64,000 nucleotides of DNA from a candidate division FCPU426 bacterium (GCA_963840035.1 CAWIXE010000001.1:704001-768000), one strand, 5' to 3'; shown: positions 9,916 through 20,247, counted from the stretch's first letter. The notes: generated from the sequence alone by a model not told the origin. Translations and numbers: made by a program.

Positions 9916-10791
9916 ATGAAAAAAACTATTTTTAATCTTTTATTACTATCCGTAATTGTTTTTATTGCTTCCTGTGGGGATAAAAAAGCAACCGGCCCCG
10001 GCATGGCACCGCCCGAAAATTCAGCGACCGTGACGCAAACTTACACTATCACACTTACAATGACTCCTTACCAGAGTTCTACTATCACGGCGACGAGGAC
10101 GATAACGCTTACCAATACAGACACGCCGACTTATACGGTGACTCCGACTAAGACCGCAACATCAACCTCGACGGTCACCCCTACAAATACCCCGAAAACA
10201 TTTAACCTCATACCGGGAAACAACTTAGGCTGCGCTGATGCTGATATCTTAAATTTATCGCCCACAAATAATACCGGAAGCTGCGGCGGCATAAGCATAT
10301 ACGCGGATCCTTCATCAGGCTATACAAAAAGGATCCTGTTGCGTTACGGAGTGGCTTCGGCTTTTATTACTCCGACAGTTGTGGCTGTAAACTTGAAGAT
10401 GAAGTTAAACGCATATGCCAACAGGAATGGCAATATAAACGTCCACAAGATGAATGCCCCATGGGTTGAAGGAAAATTTTGCGATGCTTCTTCCACTACA
10501 ACTGTAAGCTGGAGCGGGAGCGGGACTTCGGCGTGGACAACCGCGGGCGGAGACTATGATTCGGGCATTCAGGCTTCATTTCCATTTGATTCATATACGG
10601 GGACGGACAGCGTTATCAGGATACCCCTGCCGATATCCGTTTTTCAGGGATGGCTTGCAAACGACGCGACAAATTACGGGCTACTTTTAAAGCTGGCAAA
10701 CGAAAACCCGGCAGATTCCACAGGTATTTCATTTTACGCGGCGGGTGTAGGGTCTTCGAATAATCCAACGCTTGAGGTTTTATACTATTGA
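9916..10791 (+). CDS. Lipoprotein with Thr-rich linker and DNRLRE (CBM96-like) domain
   Basis: GGGAGG RBS; lipobox IASC; W..AGGDY, W......NYGLLLK, P.LEV.YY. Confidence 0.75.
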   Translation: MKKTIFNLLLLSVIVFIASCGDKKATGPGMAPPENSATVTQTYTITLTMTPYQSSTITATRTITLTNTDTPTYTVTPTKTATSTSTVTPTNTPKTFNLIPGNNLGCADADILNLSPTNNTGSCGGISIYADPSSGYTKRILLRYGVASAFITPTVVAVNLKMKLNAYANRNGNINVHKMNAPWVEGKFCDASSTTTVSWSGSGTSAWTTAGGDYDSGIQASFPFDSYTGTDSVIRIPLPISVFQGWLANDATNYGLLLKLANENPADSTGISFYAAGVGSSNNPTLEVLYY

Positions 10792-10798
10792 TATGATG

Positions 10799-10826
10799 TG
10801 AAGGCAGGCCGTAAAGCCTGCCTTCA
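10799..10826. terminator. Stem-loop between the two DNRLRE genes
   Basis: TGAAGGCAGGC-CGTAAA-GCCTGCCTTCA. Confidence 0.55.
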
Positions 10827-10928
10827 TCCGGTTTTTGGGGAAGCTAAAATAATAACGGGGCCGCATGCGTCCGTGAAATCCTTCACGGATTCCTTTTCAT
10901 TTCCGGAAAAATTTATTGGGAGGTTTCC

Positions 10929-12440
10929 ATGAAAAAAATTAGTGTGTGCGGGTGTATTCTTATTTTAGCCCTGTTTATATTTTCCTGCGGGAAAAAATCA
11001 ACGCCTTCGGGCCCGTCCGGGACACCGGGGCAGGCGGAGACTATGACTGTAACCGCGACGCTGACATCGACAGCGCAGCCCACGGGCACGGCCACGGCAA
11101 CGAGAACCGCCACACAGTCAGCCACCACGGAAAACAGCGCTACGCTTACCGCCACGAAAACCCACACCCAGGCCATGTCATCAACCGCGACACCGACGGC
11201 CACTACGACGCCTGTATTCACGATAAAAGTATCGGCCACATACAAATTTGATGATTTATTTTGCGCGGTGCCGGTGCGCAGCATCGACTGCGTAATACTC
11301 AACAATTGGGGCACCGAGGTATTTATCGCAAGTTCAATCATGGTGGACAATCTTTCAGACCCGGCGCCTGCATCGCAAATGCCGGCAACAACCGTTTATG
11401 ACGGGGGATGTTCCTGTTTTAAGATCACTGACTATGGCGGGCATACGGGCATGATACTCATGCCGCCGGAAGGCTGCAACGACAGCCGCATACTGGCTTT
11501 TGCGCCGGGTGATATATTAAGGTTTACTGTAACCATAGCAGGCACAGATACAGTCCTCGAACAGGAAGTGCCGGATATGTCCAGGACAGCCGGCGGGCAT
11601 ACCATACTTATGCCTTCTTCAGGATTTGATTACAGCGTATGTGATACATTTTATGGCTCAGCCTGTGATTCGGGCATAACCCCGCATACTTATACGGTAA
11701 ATCCTTCAAGGCCTTCGTGCACAGATAAAATTAGCGCGTATTTAAATAAAACAACATTCGCGTACGGCGCGGAAATATATACGGAATCTGAAATGTACTA
11801 CAGCATAGCCACGGCTACATCGACTTCTACAGCCACGGCCACGGTGACTCCGACAAACACACCCCAGACAGCCTCGTTTCAGCAGGGCGCGAATCTGTAT
11901 ACGGGGTGCGCGGACGCGTCGCTTCTGAGCTCCTCCCCGACTTTTAACAACGGTTCATGCACAATGATATCCATCGGAAAAAGTGGCACAAGCCTCTCAA
12001 GGGGAGTAATAAAATTCGTACTTACGTCGCTTTCGGGCGCGCAGGTGCAGTCAGCGCTGCTGACGTTTAAACTGAACACAATAATATCCGGCAGCGGAGA
12101 TGTGGAAGCATTCAGGCTGGCGAGGGCTTTTACAGAGGGGAACAAGTGCAATGCGGCAGGGGTAAATGAAGCGTGCTGGACAAAAGCATCAGCCACATCC
12201 TGGACAAATCCCGGCGGTGACTATACGGTGAGCATGGGAAGCGGAAGTTTCAGCGTGGGTTCCACATATCTTACGATGAGCCTCGACCCGGCGGTGGTGC
12301 AGGCATGGATAAACAACTCAGCTGTTAATTATGGGATGCTGCTTAAGACAAAGGAAACAGCGGACGCGGCCGCGCCGGTTTTTACCCAGGATAACGCGAC
12401 CCAGTCAAACAGGCCCGAGCTGGAGATAATATACTACTGA
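10929..12440 (+). CDS. Lipoprotein with Thr-rich linkers, Cys-containing middle domain and DNRLRE domain
   Basis: Lipobox IFSC; WTNPGGDY, VQAWI....NYGMLLK, RPELEIIYY. Confidence 0.75.
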   Translation: MKKISVCGCILILALFIFSCGKKSTPSGPSGTPGQAETMTVTATLTSTAQPTGTATATRTATQSATTENSATLTATKTHTQAMSSTATPTATTTPVFTIKVSATYKFDDLFCAVPVRSIDCVILNNWGTEVFIASSIMVDNLSDPAPASQMPATTVYDGGCSCFKITDYGGHTGMILMPPEGCNDSRILAFAPGDILRFTVTIAGTDTVLEQEVPDMSRTAGGHTILMPSSGFDYSVCDTFYGSACDSGITPHTYTVNPSRPSCTDKISAYLNKTTFAYGAEIYTESEMYYSIATATSTSTATATVTPTNTPQTASFQQGANLYTGCADASLLSSSPTFNNGSCTMISIGKSGTSLSRGVIKFVLTSLSGAQVQSALLTFKLNTIISGSGDVEAFRLARAFTEGNKCNAAGVNEACWTKASATSWTNPGGDYTVSMGSGSFSVGSTYLTMSLDPAVVQAWINNSAVNYGMLLKTKETADAAAPVFTQDNATQSNRPELEIIYY

Positions 12441-12450
12441 AGCGGCGTTT

Positions 12451-12644
12451 GAGAGGGAGCAAGCTCCCTCTCTACAAAAACAAAAAAGATACGGCGGGTT
12501 ATAAATATTTACACCCACTGTAGAGCCGCTGCTTCCGACTTCGCCAAGGCTACGTCGGACAGGTGCTGCGGCTCTACAGTGGGTTATCAAATATTTGCAT
12601 TTAAAACAATTCCAGCCTTGAGCCGCAGCAAGCGGCGGCTCTAC
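12451..12644. repeat. Composite REP unit, copy 2, plus an empty inverted REP at 12620-12644
   Basis: Paralog of 9593-9737; long stem ACCCACTGTAGAGCCGC...GCGGCTCTACAGTGGGT. Confidence 0.85.
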
Positions 12645-12838
12645 AAAATATAAAAAGCGCGTATTTGTCCCCGCCTTAAGTGGCGGGAAGCCGCCTCTCT
12701 GCACAAGAAGCCAATAGCCAATATACTTGTAGCCAATAATTATGGTTTGTACTATTATAATAATACCGCAAAGCGATACCATATCTAATGGCTAAGCGTA
12801 TATTGGCTAAATTTTGTCCGGCCCAAAAGGAGTAAAAC

Positions 12839-13246
12839 ATGCATAAAATGCCCTTTGAAGTGCGATTAAGCGACACCGATGTCACAGGCCAGGTCTACTA
12901 TTCCAAGCCGCTTGAGTGGATGGAATGGTGCCGAGTGGACTGGTTCCAGGCAAAGTACGGAAACTTCATGAAACATGTGGAGGAAACAGGCGTAACTTTT
13001 TTCCCTTCAAAAGTCAGCGTGGATTACAGGAAGCCAATCCTGTTCGGGGATAAACTTCAGATAGAGATGTCCTCAAAGGATATCAAAAAAGTTTCCTTTG
13101 TCCTTGAATATGCCATGAAAAGGCAGGGTGACACCGTGTTACAGGCGGAGGTTTTAATGGTGTGTTTTGATGTTAAGAACAAGAAACTCGCAAAGCTCGA
13201 AGGCGGCATGCTTGAGCACATTGGCGGGATTGCTGTCACGGCGTAG
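12839..13246 (+). CDS. Acyl-CoA thioesterase (4HBT/YbgC family)
   Basis: VRLSDTD..G.VYY, DYRKP..FGD hot-dog fold motifs. Confidence 0.85.
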   Translation: MHKMPFEVRLSDTDVTGQVYYSKPLEWMEWCRVDWFQAKYGNFMKHVEETGVTFFPSKVSVDYRKPILFGDKLQIEMSSKDIKKVSFVLEYAMKRQGDTVLQAEVLMVCFDVKNKKLAKLEGGMLEHIGGIAVTA

Positions 13247-13439
13247 TATATGGCTTAAGTGCGAGGTTGAGCTTGCGGCACGTGCAAGCGGCGGTTCTGC
13301 AAAATCATGAAAGGCCCGGAGTTGATATTTAATAACCTGGCAAATCCGGGAAAATTGAAAGAACTGGCAAATGATATCCCGATGGTGTATAATAAAAAAT
13401 AATTACATTATCGCAGAAAGCCACTTTACGGGGTCATAT

Positions 13440-15287
13440 ATGAAAACAACGACAGGCAGCCGGGGTTTCTTTTTAAAGAGCGTCTTTGTCCTGCTTTATA
13501 CCGCTGCCATAGCCTGCGCCTGTGAGGCGGCCACGACTGCGACATTTACGCCGACAGGCACGGCCACCTTCACTAACACTCCCACCCGAACCGCCATTGT
13601 CTCTTCGATATGGCGGGTAAATGCGGGCGGGCCACTGTATCCGGACAGCTGGGGCAACACCTGGGCCGCGGATACTAATTTTAACAACGGCACCGGACAC
13701 TGTGTGACGATGACTGTTGCAAATACCATTGACAGCGTGCTTTACCAGTGTGAAAGATACGGCAGTCCCTTCACGTACGGTTTTAATGTCCCCGCGGGAA
13801 ATTATCAGGTCACGCTGAAATTCGCGGATTTATTCTGGGAAGCCGCGGGGGAGAGGGTATTTGACGTGTTCATAAACGGCGCGCTGGTGCTGGATAATTT
13901 TGACATTATATCGGATTCCGGGTCCGCTTTTACGGCAGTCAGCAAAGTGTTCAACAACATTGCGCCCGTAAGCGGGGCCATAGCATTACAGTTCGGGCCT
14001 GCGTCAGTTGATAACGCGCAGGTGTGCGCGATACAGATAAATCCCATGCCGCCCGCGCCGACACCGACTAAGACGCCGTGCCTGCCTACCACTATTAACC
14101 CATATATCCGGGTGAATGAAGGAATCTGGTCGCAGAGCAGCAGCGTAACCGTGTTCATGGGCACCGCCGTGAACCTTGGGCCGCAGCCTTTAACCGGCGG
14201 AACGTGGAAATGGACCGGCCCGGCCGGGTTTGTTGCCAATTCGCGGGAAATCAGCAATATTCCGCTGACATACGGCGTCAACACGTATACGGTAGTGCAC
14301 ACTAATTCCTGCGGCGGCCAAAACTCCGTGACTTTTACGGTTACGGTTCTGGTGCCTGTCATAACTGAGGCGGTCGGCGGCTGTGCCGCGGCAATAACCA
14401 CGGACGGAGTCATGAACGAAAGCGAGTGGGATTCAGCGGCATGGAATTCAATATCCAAAATCTGCGAAGGCACCAATCCCGGTAACGTATCAGGAAATTT
14501 CAAGCTTTTGTGGGACACAAAGAACCTATACGCGGGTATTGCCATAAACGACGCTTACCTGAACGCGACACAGGTGGCCTGCGCGAATTATAATGATTCT
14601 GCCGTTGAAATGTACCTTGATATGGCCAATGACCATGGCGCGCAGAGTTACCCGGGCTCTGTGGGAGATTTTCATTTCATGATCAGTTATGACTGCCTGC
14701 AGTTTTGCTTAAACGCCGCGGTGGCCATGGCTCCTTCCGGCATGAAGTACGCCAGCACGCATGATGCCGGCGGGTATGTTATGGAAGTGAAAATTCCCTG
14801 GGTGCTTTTGGGGGTTGTGCCCGCCGTAGGAGATACATATCAGTTTGATTTGCAGGTGGATTTCAACAACGGGACCAGCGAGCGCGTGGGACAGCTTGTC
14901 TGGAACGGCGACGCCAATAACTGGAAAAGTTCGGCTAATTTTGGAAATGTGCGGCTGGGCTATTGCCCGGGCCCGCCCCTCAAAGAATCATTCCATGTTT
15001 TCCCAAACCCCGTCAACCCAAAACAGTCGCAGGCGCGTTTCAATTACAACATTGAAAATGAGTCGGAAATATCCATAGAGATCTTCACCATAAGCGGCAG
15101 CCGCGTAAAAACCGTGCTGAATAAAGTTATAAAACCCGCCGGCCAGCATAATGAGGACGCATGGGACTCGAAAAATGAGTCGGGCAAGGAAGTGCTCTCG
15201 GGCGTTTACTTATGCGTTCTGGAGGTAAAAGACAGGGTCACTGGCGGGACAACAAGGCTCGTAAAGAAGATGGCGGTACTCAGGTGA
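13440..15287 (+). CDS. Secreted non-catalytic protein: malectin domain, Ig-like module, CBM9-like domain, T9SS/FlgD-like CTD
   Basis: RVNAGG...W.AD, YQ.ERY, VTLKFA, GERVFDV (malectin); DG...E.EW, LLWD..NLY, DSAVE, Y.MEVKIPW (CBM9-like); FPNP...WD.KN..G.....GVY...KKMAVLR. Confidence 0.85.
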   Translation: MKTTTGSRGFFLKSVFVLLYTAAIACACEAATTATFTPTGTATFTNTPTRTAIVSSIWRVNAGGPLYPDSWGNTWAADTNFNNGTGHCVTMTVANTIDSVLYQCERYGSPFTYGFNVPAGNYQVTLKFADLFWEAAGERVFDVFINGALVLDNFDIISDSGSAFTAVSKVFNNIAPVSGAIALQFGPASVDNAQVCAIQINPMPPAPTPTKTPCLPTTINPYIRVNEGIWSQSSSVTVFMGTAVNLGPQPLTGGTWKWTGPAGFVANSREISNIPLTYGVNTYTVVHTNSCGGQNSVTFTVTVLVPVITEAVGGCAAAITTDGVMNESEWDSAAWNSISKICEGTNPGNVSGNFKLLWDTKNLYAGIAINDAYLNATQVACANYNDSAVEMYLDMANDHGAQSYPGSVGDFHFMISYDCLQFCLNAAVAMAPSGMKYASTHDAGGYVMEVKIPWVLLGVVPAVGDTYQFDLQVDFNNGTSERVGQLVWNGDANNWKSSANFGNVRLGYCPGPPLKESFHVFPNPVNPKQSQARFNYNIENESEISIEIFTISGSRVKTVLNKVIKPAGQHNEDAWDSKNESGKEVLSGVYLCVLEVKDRVTGGTTRLVKKMAVLR

Positions 15288-16831
15288 GGAAAGAAAAAGC
15301 CTCAGCAGTGAGGCTGTATTTATTCATGCTGTTTTTGCTTTCTTCGGCGGCATTTGCGGCGCCGGGGGATTATGGCACGGAAAATGTATTCATGATCGGA
15401 GCCGGGTCCAGGCCGGATGGCATGGCCGGCGCTTTTACGGCCGTGGCTGATGATCTCTCCGCGATACACTTTAACCCCGCAGGTATGGTAAACATAAAAA
15501 AACAGGAAGTATCCCTTCTATATTATCCGCTCTATGAAGGCGCCTCAATCGGCTCGGCCGCGTACGGGCAGTCCATCCTGAATTTTGGCACGATCGGAGC
15601 CGCTTTTTCCGTGTTTTCCTCGGGCAATATGGAGGGTTATGATGAGGCGGGGGAGCTTACATCTGTTTTCAGCAGCCAGCAGTATAAACTGACGGCCTCA
15701 TACGGGCGTTATCTGGCAGAAGGCCTTTCTGCCGGGGCAAATATCAATATATACTACTCCAATATGTCCAGGTTCAATTACGCGGGATTTGGCGCCGATC
15801 TGGGAGTCCTGTACAAACCTTTTTCTTTTTTTTCCGCGGGATTGATGGCCGGAAATATCATTACGCCGGCTTTTTCCATGCAGTCGGTTACAGAGGCGCT
15901 TGGCCGCAAATACACTCTCGGGCTTCTGGCAAGGCATCAGATCGCGGATTTTGAATTCAAGGCCGCTTTTGACGCTTCTGCCGGCGAAAAGGAAAACTTT
16001 AAAGCAAGGGCCGGCATGGAAGTCAGATGGGCCGGCATAGCGGCTGTGAGGGGCGGTTACAGCGAAGGCGAATTCACTTTCGGGGCGGGGCTGTCGCTAT
16101 ATGACGCGAAATTTGATTACGCGTACATAGCCAACAGGAATTTCGGAAGGATGGACAGGTTCGCGGTTTCATACGCGTTCGGAATGACCATAGATCAGCA
16201 GCGGGCGCAGTGGCGCAGGGCCATATATAATGAAGTGCGCAGGATCGTCGACGCCAGGATCAGGATAAAGATAAAGGAAGAGGCGGAAGCGCACTACAGC
16301 CGGGCATACGGGTATTATCAAAACGGCGAATACGAAGAAGCGCTTGCCGCGGTGGAGAAGTCCCTGGAGTGGAAGCGCGACCATGAACCTTCTATCATGA
16401 TGAAGAATATAATTGAGGAGAAACTTAAGGAAAAGCTCAGTTCAGGAGCAGGCATATCCGGGATAAAGGACGCGTATGTCATAGCCGGCATTGAATTTTA
16501 CGAACAAATGCAGTATGATGAGGCCTTAAAACAGTGGGAACTGGCGTTAAAGGGCAGGCCCGGAAATAAAGCCATTCAATCGCTTATTTTGAAGGCAAGG
16601 AAAGCCATGGCAACAGTTCCCAAAAGCAGTCAAGTGCCGAAGGAACAAAAGGAACTGGCGGACAGGATGTACTATATAGCGGTAAACAGCTATACTTCAG
16701 GCGACCTGAAAGGCGCTATAGAGATGTGGAAAAAAGTCCTTGCAATAGACCCGGAAGACGTCAAAACGCTCAGGGACTTAAGGAAAGCTCAGGCGGAACT
16801 TGAAGAACTCTCCAGGCGGGGAATCGAATGA
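15284..16831 (+). CDS. PorV/PorQ-like outer-membrane beta-barrel fused to C-terminal TPRs
   Basis: GTGA overlap start; IGAGSR..GMAGAFTAVADD.SA..FNPAG, DLG.LY, R.GY, G.G....FDYAY; then three TPR-like helical repeats. Confidence 0.8.
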   Translation: MRKEKASAVRLYLFMLFLLSSAAFAAPGDYGTENVFMIGAGSRPDGMAGAFTAVADDLSAIHFNPAGMVNIKKQEVSLLYYPLYEGASIGSAAYGQSILNFGTIGAAFSVFSSGNMEGYDEAGELTSVFSSQQYKLTASYGRYLAEGLSAGANINIYYSNMSRFNYAGFGADLGVLYKPFSFFSAGLMAGNIITPAFSMQSVTEALGRKYTLGLLARHQIADFEFKAAFDASAGEKENFKARAGMEVRWAGIAAVRGGYSEGEFTFGAGLSLYDAKFDYAYIANRNFGRMDRFAVSYAFGMTIDQQRAQWRRAIYNEVRRIVDARIRIKIKEEAEAHYSRAYGYYQNGEYEEALAAVEKSLEWKRDHEPSIMMKNIIEEKLKEKLSSGAGISGIKDAYVIAGIEFYEQMQYDEALKQWELALKGRPGNKAIQSLILKARKAMATVPKSSQVPKEQKELADRMYYIAVNSYTSGDLKGAIEMWKKVLAIDPEDVKTLRDLRKAQAELEELSRRGIE

Positions 16832-18318
16832 AGAAAAAATATTCAGGAATAAGGCTTGAAATAATGGCGGTTATTTTGTCCCTTACCCTGGCTGTTACAG
16901 CCATCATGAGCTTTATGGTGCTTAACATCCAGAAAAAAAGCCTCACAAACGAGATGGAACTCAGGGGCTTAAGCATGACGAGGAACATAGCGAACAATAT
17001 CTCGGATTTTATGCTCATGAAATACGAACTCGAGGCCGCAAAAATATTGAAAGAGGCGATGCAGAACAAGGGCGTTAAGTACGCTATGGTTGTCGGCCCA
17101 AGCGGCGTAATCCTCGCGCACAACGACATGACGCTGGTAAAAACCGCTTATGCGCCTCCGGGCAGGCTGCTTTATACCACGCCGGGGAAAAACAGCGTTT
17201 ATGTAACTGCGTCCGGCGAAAAAGTGATAGAGTTTACCTCGGCAGTGGTCGCCAAGCGCAAGGCAAAAATAGGCGTTGTACACGCGGGCATATCTTATGA
17301 TCTCATAACAAACGCGCTCAAGAGGACATACTTTGACATAATACTTGTGGCCGTTGTTGCCGTACTTTTAAGTTTGCTTGGCGCTTTCCTGCTGAGCGCC
17401 GCGTTCACAAAACCGATCCACGCGCTTGCCGAAGGCGCGAGGATAGCGGGAATGGGTGATTTAAACCATAAGATCAGCATAAAAAGCAGGAATGAACTCG
17501 GATTGCTGGCGGAGGCTTTCAACAGCATGACCGAGGGTCTGCAAAAAGCGCAGAAAGCCGAGATAGAAAGGCTGGCGCTGGAAAAAGAGCTTGAGATAGC
17601 GTGGAAGATTCAGGACTCCCTGCTGCCAAAGTCATTTCCTGAGATGAAGAAATATGAAGTCGCCGCGTTTTACAAGCCGGCAAAGGAAATCGGCGGGGAT
17701 TACTATGACGTGATACCGCTCTCCGGCAACAGGTTCGGGATGGTGATGGCTGACGTATCGGGTAAAGGAATACCCGCGGCGCTGATTATGACCATGCTCA
17801 GCGGCATATTAAATATGGAAGCAAGGGCGAATCAGGATCCTGTAACCGTGCTGACAAAATTAAACGAAGGCCTGCTCGCAAAAGTCGGGGGCGGCATGTT
17901 CGCGACGATTTTTTACGCTGTGCTTGATACTGTAAGTAATACGATAGAGATGGTTTCCGCAGGACACCATGAAATACTTGTATACAGGCAAGCGGCGGCT
18001 AAGGTCGAATCATACTGCCCCAAAGGCGCTGCCATAGGGATTTTAAACGGCAAAGAGTTTGGGTCAAGGCTGGAAAAGATAACGCTGAAGGCTGAACCGG
18101 GCGATAAATTTTTGCTTTTTACAGACGGCATAAGCGAAGCCAGGGCGGACGGCGGAGGCAGGTTTGGCATGGACAGGGCCGCGCAGTCCCTGCAAAAAAA
18201 CGGCGGCTTGGCGTGCAAGGCGGTGCTCGACGGGCTGCTCGGGGAAGTTGAGAAATTCACAGGCGGCCAGGAACAAAGCGACGATATCGCGGTCCTTTCT
18301 ATAGGAAGAAACGCTTGA
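16828..18318 (+). CDS. Membrane SpoIIE/RsbU-type PP2C phosphatase with periplasmic sensor and HAMP
   Basis: Two TM, HAMP (NELG.LA..FN.M), EIA..IQ.SLLP, GGDYYD, ADVSGKG.PAA, AGH, FTDG.SE, DDI. Confidence 0.93.
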   Translation: MKKKYSGIRLEIMAVILSLTLAVTAIMSFMVLNIQKKSLTNEMELRGLSMTRNIANNISDFMLMKYELEAAKILKEAMQNKGVKYAMVVGPSGVILAHNDMTLVKTAYAPPGRLLYTTPGKNSVYVTASGEKVIEFTSAVVAKRKAKIGVVHAGISYDLITNALKRTYFDIILVAVVAVLLSLLGAFLLSAAFTKPIHALAEGARIAGMGDLNHKISIKSRNELGLLAEAFNSMTEGLQKAQKAEIERLALEKELEIAWKIQDSLLPKSFPEMKKYEVAAFYKPAKEIGGDYYDVIPLSGNRFGMVMADVSGKGIPAALIMTMLSGILNMEARANQDPVTVLTKLNEGLLAKVGGGMFATIFYAVLDTVSNTIEMVSAGHHEILVYRQAAAKVESYCPKGAAIGILNGKEFGSRLEKITLKAEPGDKFLLFTDGISEARADGGGRFGMDRAAQSLQKNGGLACKAVLDGLLGEVEKFTGGQEQSDDIAVLSIGRNA

Positions 18319-18331
18319 GCGGAGGTGGACA

Positions 18332-18685
18332 ATGGCATTTGAGATCAGGGAAAATGAAGACGGTGAAATAATCATAGTGGCGCTTTTCGGCGAGCTGGAT
18401 TCCTCGTCGGTTGCGGCTTTTAGCCTGGGGTTTAAGGATATTATTGGCAAGCGAGGCCCTAAGAAATATGTCCTGGATTTAAAAGGGCTTGAATTCATAA
18501 GCTCCGCCGGCTGGACCGCGTTTTTGAACGAATTCAAGCAGCTCCGGGCGTCAGGCGGGGATTTGAAGCTTGCCGCCATGCAGCAGGACGCGAAAAGAGT
18601 CTATTCGCTTGTGGGCATAGACGGGGTGATAGAAAGTCACGAAACCGTGAAAGAGGCTGTGAAGAGTTATGCCGGGAAAAACTGA
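18332..18685 (+). CDS. STAS anti-sigma factor antagonist
   Basis: GELD, DLKGLEFISSAG phospho-Ser motif, GGDLKL. Confidence 0.92.
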   Translation: MAFEIRENEDGEIIIVALFGELDSSSVAAFSLGFKDIIGKRGPKKYVLDLKGLEFISSAGWTAFLNEFKQLRASGGDLKLAAMQQDAKRVYSLVGIDGVIESHETVKEAVKSYAGKN

Positions 18686-19115
18686 AATAATAAGCGCGGA
18701 AATCAAAGTGGACGCGGCAGAGGGCAATCTCAGCCTGATAAGGAAATTCATCGGCGGCAACATGAAAAGCACGGGCTTCCCGGGGAAAAAAATATCGGCG
18801 CTGGCAGTGTCGGTAACAGAGCACTGCGAAAACCTGATTAAGCACGCTTACGCCAAAAAAACCGGTAAAGTCGCGCTGAAGCTGGCGCTTAAATACCCGG
18901 AGGCAAAAATAACGGCATGGGATTCCGGGCCGCGGTTTAACATGAAGGAACAAAAGATACCTGATACCTCCCGGAGAATAAAAAAAGGCCTCGGCGGGAA
19001 AATGGGGATTAAGACAATACTGGCATTATGCGACGCGGTCGAATACAAAAGAATAAACGGCCGCAATGAAAATACTTTCATAGTCCGGGCGAAAAGCCTA
19101 AGAAAAGGAAAATAA
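18669..19115 (+). CDS. RsbW/SpoIIAB-like anti-sigma Ser kinase (HATPase_c)
   Basis: E.CENLIKHAY, DSGPRF, GLGG.MG. Confidence 0.85.
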   Translation: MPGKTEIISAEIKVDAAEGNLSLIRKFIGGNMKSTGFPGKKISALAVSVTEHCENLIKHAYAKKTGKVALKLALKYPEAKITAWDSGPRFNMKEQKIPDTSRRIKKGLGGKMGIKTILALCDAVEYKRINGRNENTFIVRAKSLRKGK

Positions 19116-19118
19116 TAA

Positions 19119-20135
19119 ATGGCAACGATAAAGGACGTGGCAAAGATAGCGGGGGTCTCCTATAATACCGTTTCTTTTGTGGTCAACGGAGTGGATAAGG
19201 TCGCGCCCGCGACAAGGGAAAAGGTCCTGAAGGCAATAGAAAAACTGCATTACAAGCCAAACAAGACCGCGAGGGCCTTAGTAGGCGGTAAAGCGGACTC
19301 CATAGCCTTCATAAGCACCAGGTTCACCTCTGTATTCGGCATGAACATATTAAGGGAAATCGAAGACGGCGTTCACTTAGCCGGGCTTTCATCCAACTAT
19401 GACCTCATACCGTACTCAACAAGGGGCGAAGAGGAATTCAAGGAACAGATAATAGACTCCATAATACGCAACAGAAAAGCGGACGCCATAATCATGCTGG
19501 GCATAAAACCCGGCCCGGAAAACATGTCGGAACTCAAAAAGAACGGCATACCGGTGGTCGTCATAGACGGAACAATATCCGGCGGACACAGCGTAAAGTG
19601 CGACAATGAAAAAGGCGCTTACCTTGCGACAGATTACCTTATAAAATCCGGCAGGAAAAAAATTGCGTACTTAGGCATGTCCAAAACAGGCGGAGAAACA
19701 TGGCCGTCGATAATAGAAAGGGAGCAGGGCTATAAAAAAGCGCTCACTGAAAAAAACATCGGCATAAATGACCGCCTGATTGTCACAGTAAACAACAACT
19801 ACATAAACGAAGGCAGGGCCGTCATGCATACGCTGCTGAAGGCAAACAAGGACATAGACGCAGTCTTCTGCGGAGCCGGCGACAGCACGGCCATCGGAGT
19901 TGTGAACGCAATAAAGGAAGCGGGACTTAGCGTCCCAAAAGACATAGCCGTAATAGGCTACGACGACATCCCGGTAGCGTCAGCCATAACGCCGTCGCTG
20001 ACTACAGTAAGGCAACCCGTGGAAAAAATGGGCAATGAAGCTTTTTTAATGGCGCTTGAAGCCATGCAGGGAAGGCTGAAAGAGCCAAAGAACCTGGTAT
20101 TTGAGCCGGAGTTGATTGTAAGGGAATCGGCGTAA
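19119..20135 (+). CDS. LacI family transcriptional regulator
   Basis: TIKDVAKIAGVS..TVS, YKPN..AR.L, P.DIAVIGYDD, LTTVRQP, LIVRES. Confidence 0.95.
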   Translation: MATIKDVAKIAGVSYNTVSFVVNGVDKVAPATREKVLKAIEKLHYKPNKTARALVGGKADSIAFISTRFTSVFGMNILREIEDGVHLAGLSSNYDLIPYSTRGEEEFKEQIIDSIIRNRKADAIIMLGIKPGPENMSELKKNGIPVVVIDGTISGGHSVKCDNEKGAYLATDYLIKSGRKKIAYLGMSKTGGETWPSIIEREQGYKKALTEKNIGINDRLIVTVNNNYINEGRAVMHTLLKANKDIDAVFCGAGDSTAIGVVNAIKEAGLSVPKDIAVIGYDDIPVASAITPSLTTVRQPVEKMGNEAFLMALEAMQGRLKEPKNLVFEPELIVRESA

Positions 20136-20219
20136 GTGGGGAAAGGGAATTCGACAAGACAATCTTACATCGGCAATGAAATAAGGTAATTAACCCGGGG
20201 TCTGATTTGGTTTTGTTTA

Positions 20220-20247
20220 TTGACAAACAGTATACAAGATGTATACT
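20220..20247 (+). promoter_or_regulatory. Sigma70-type promoter with palindrome AGTATACA-N3-TGTATACT
   Basis: TTGACA-16-TATACT; palindrome 20229-20247 also at 39552-39570. Confidence 0.7.

Noticed and set aside
15212..15283. Longer N-terminus for the PorV-like gene
   Set aside because: Overlaps the upstream CTD coding region; the GTGA-coupled start at 15284 gives a normal signal peptide
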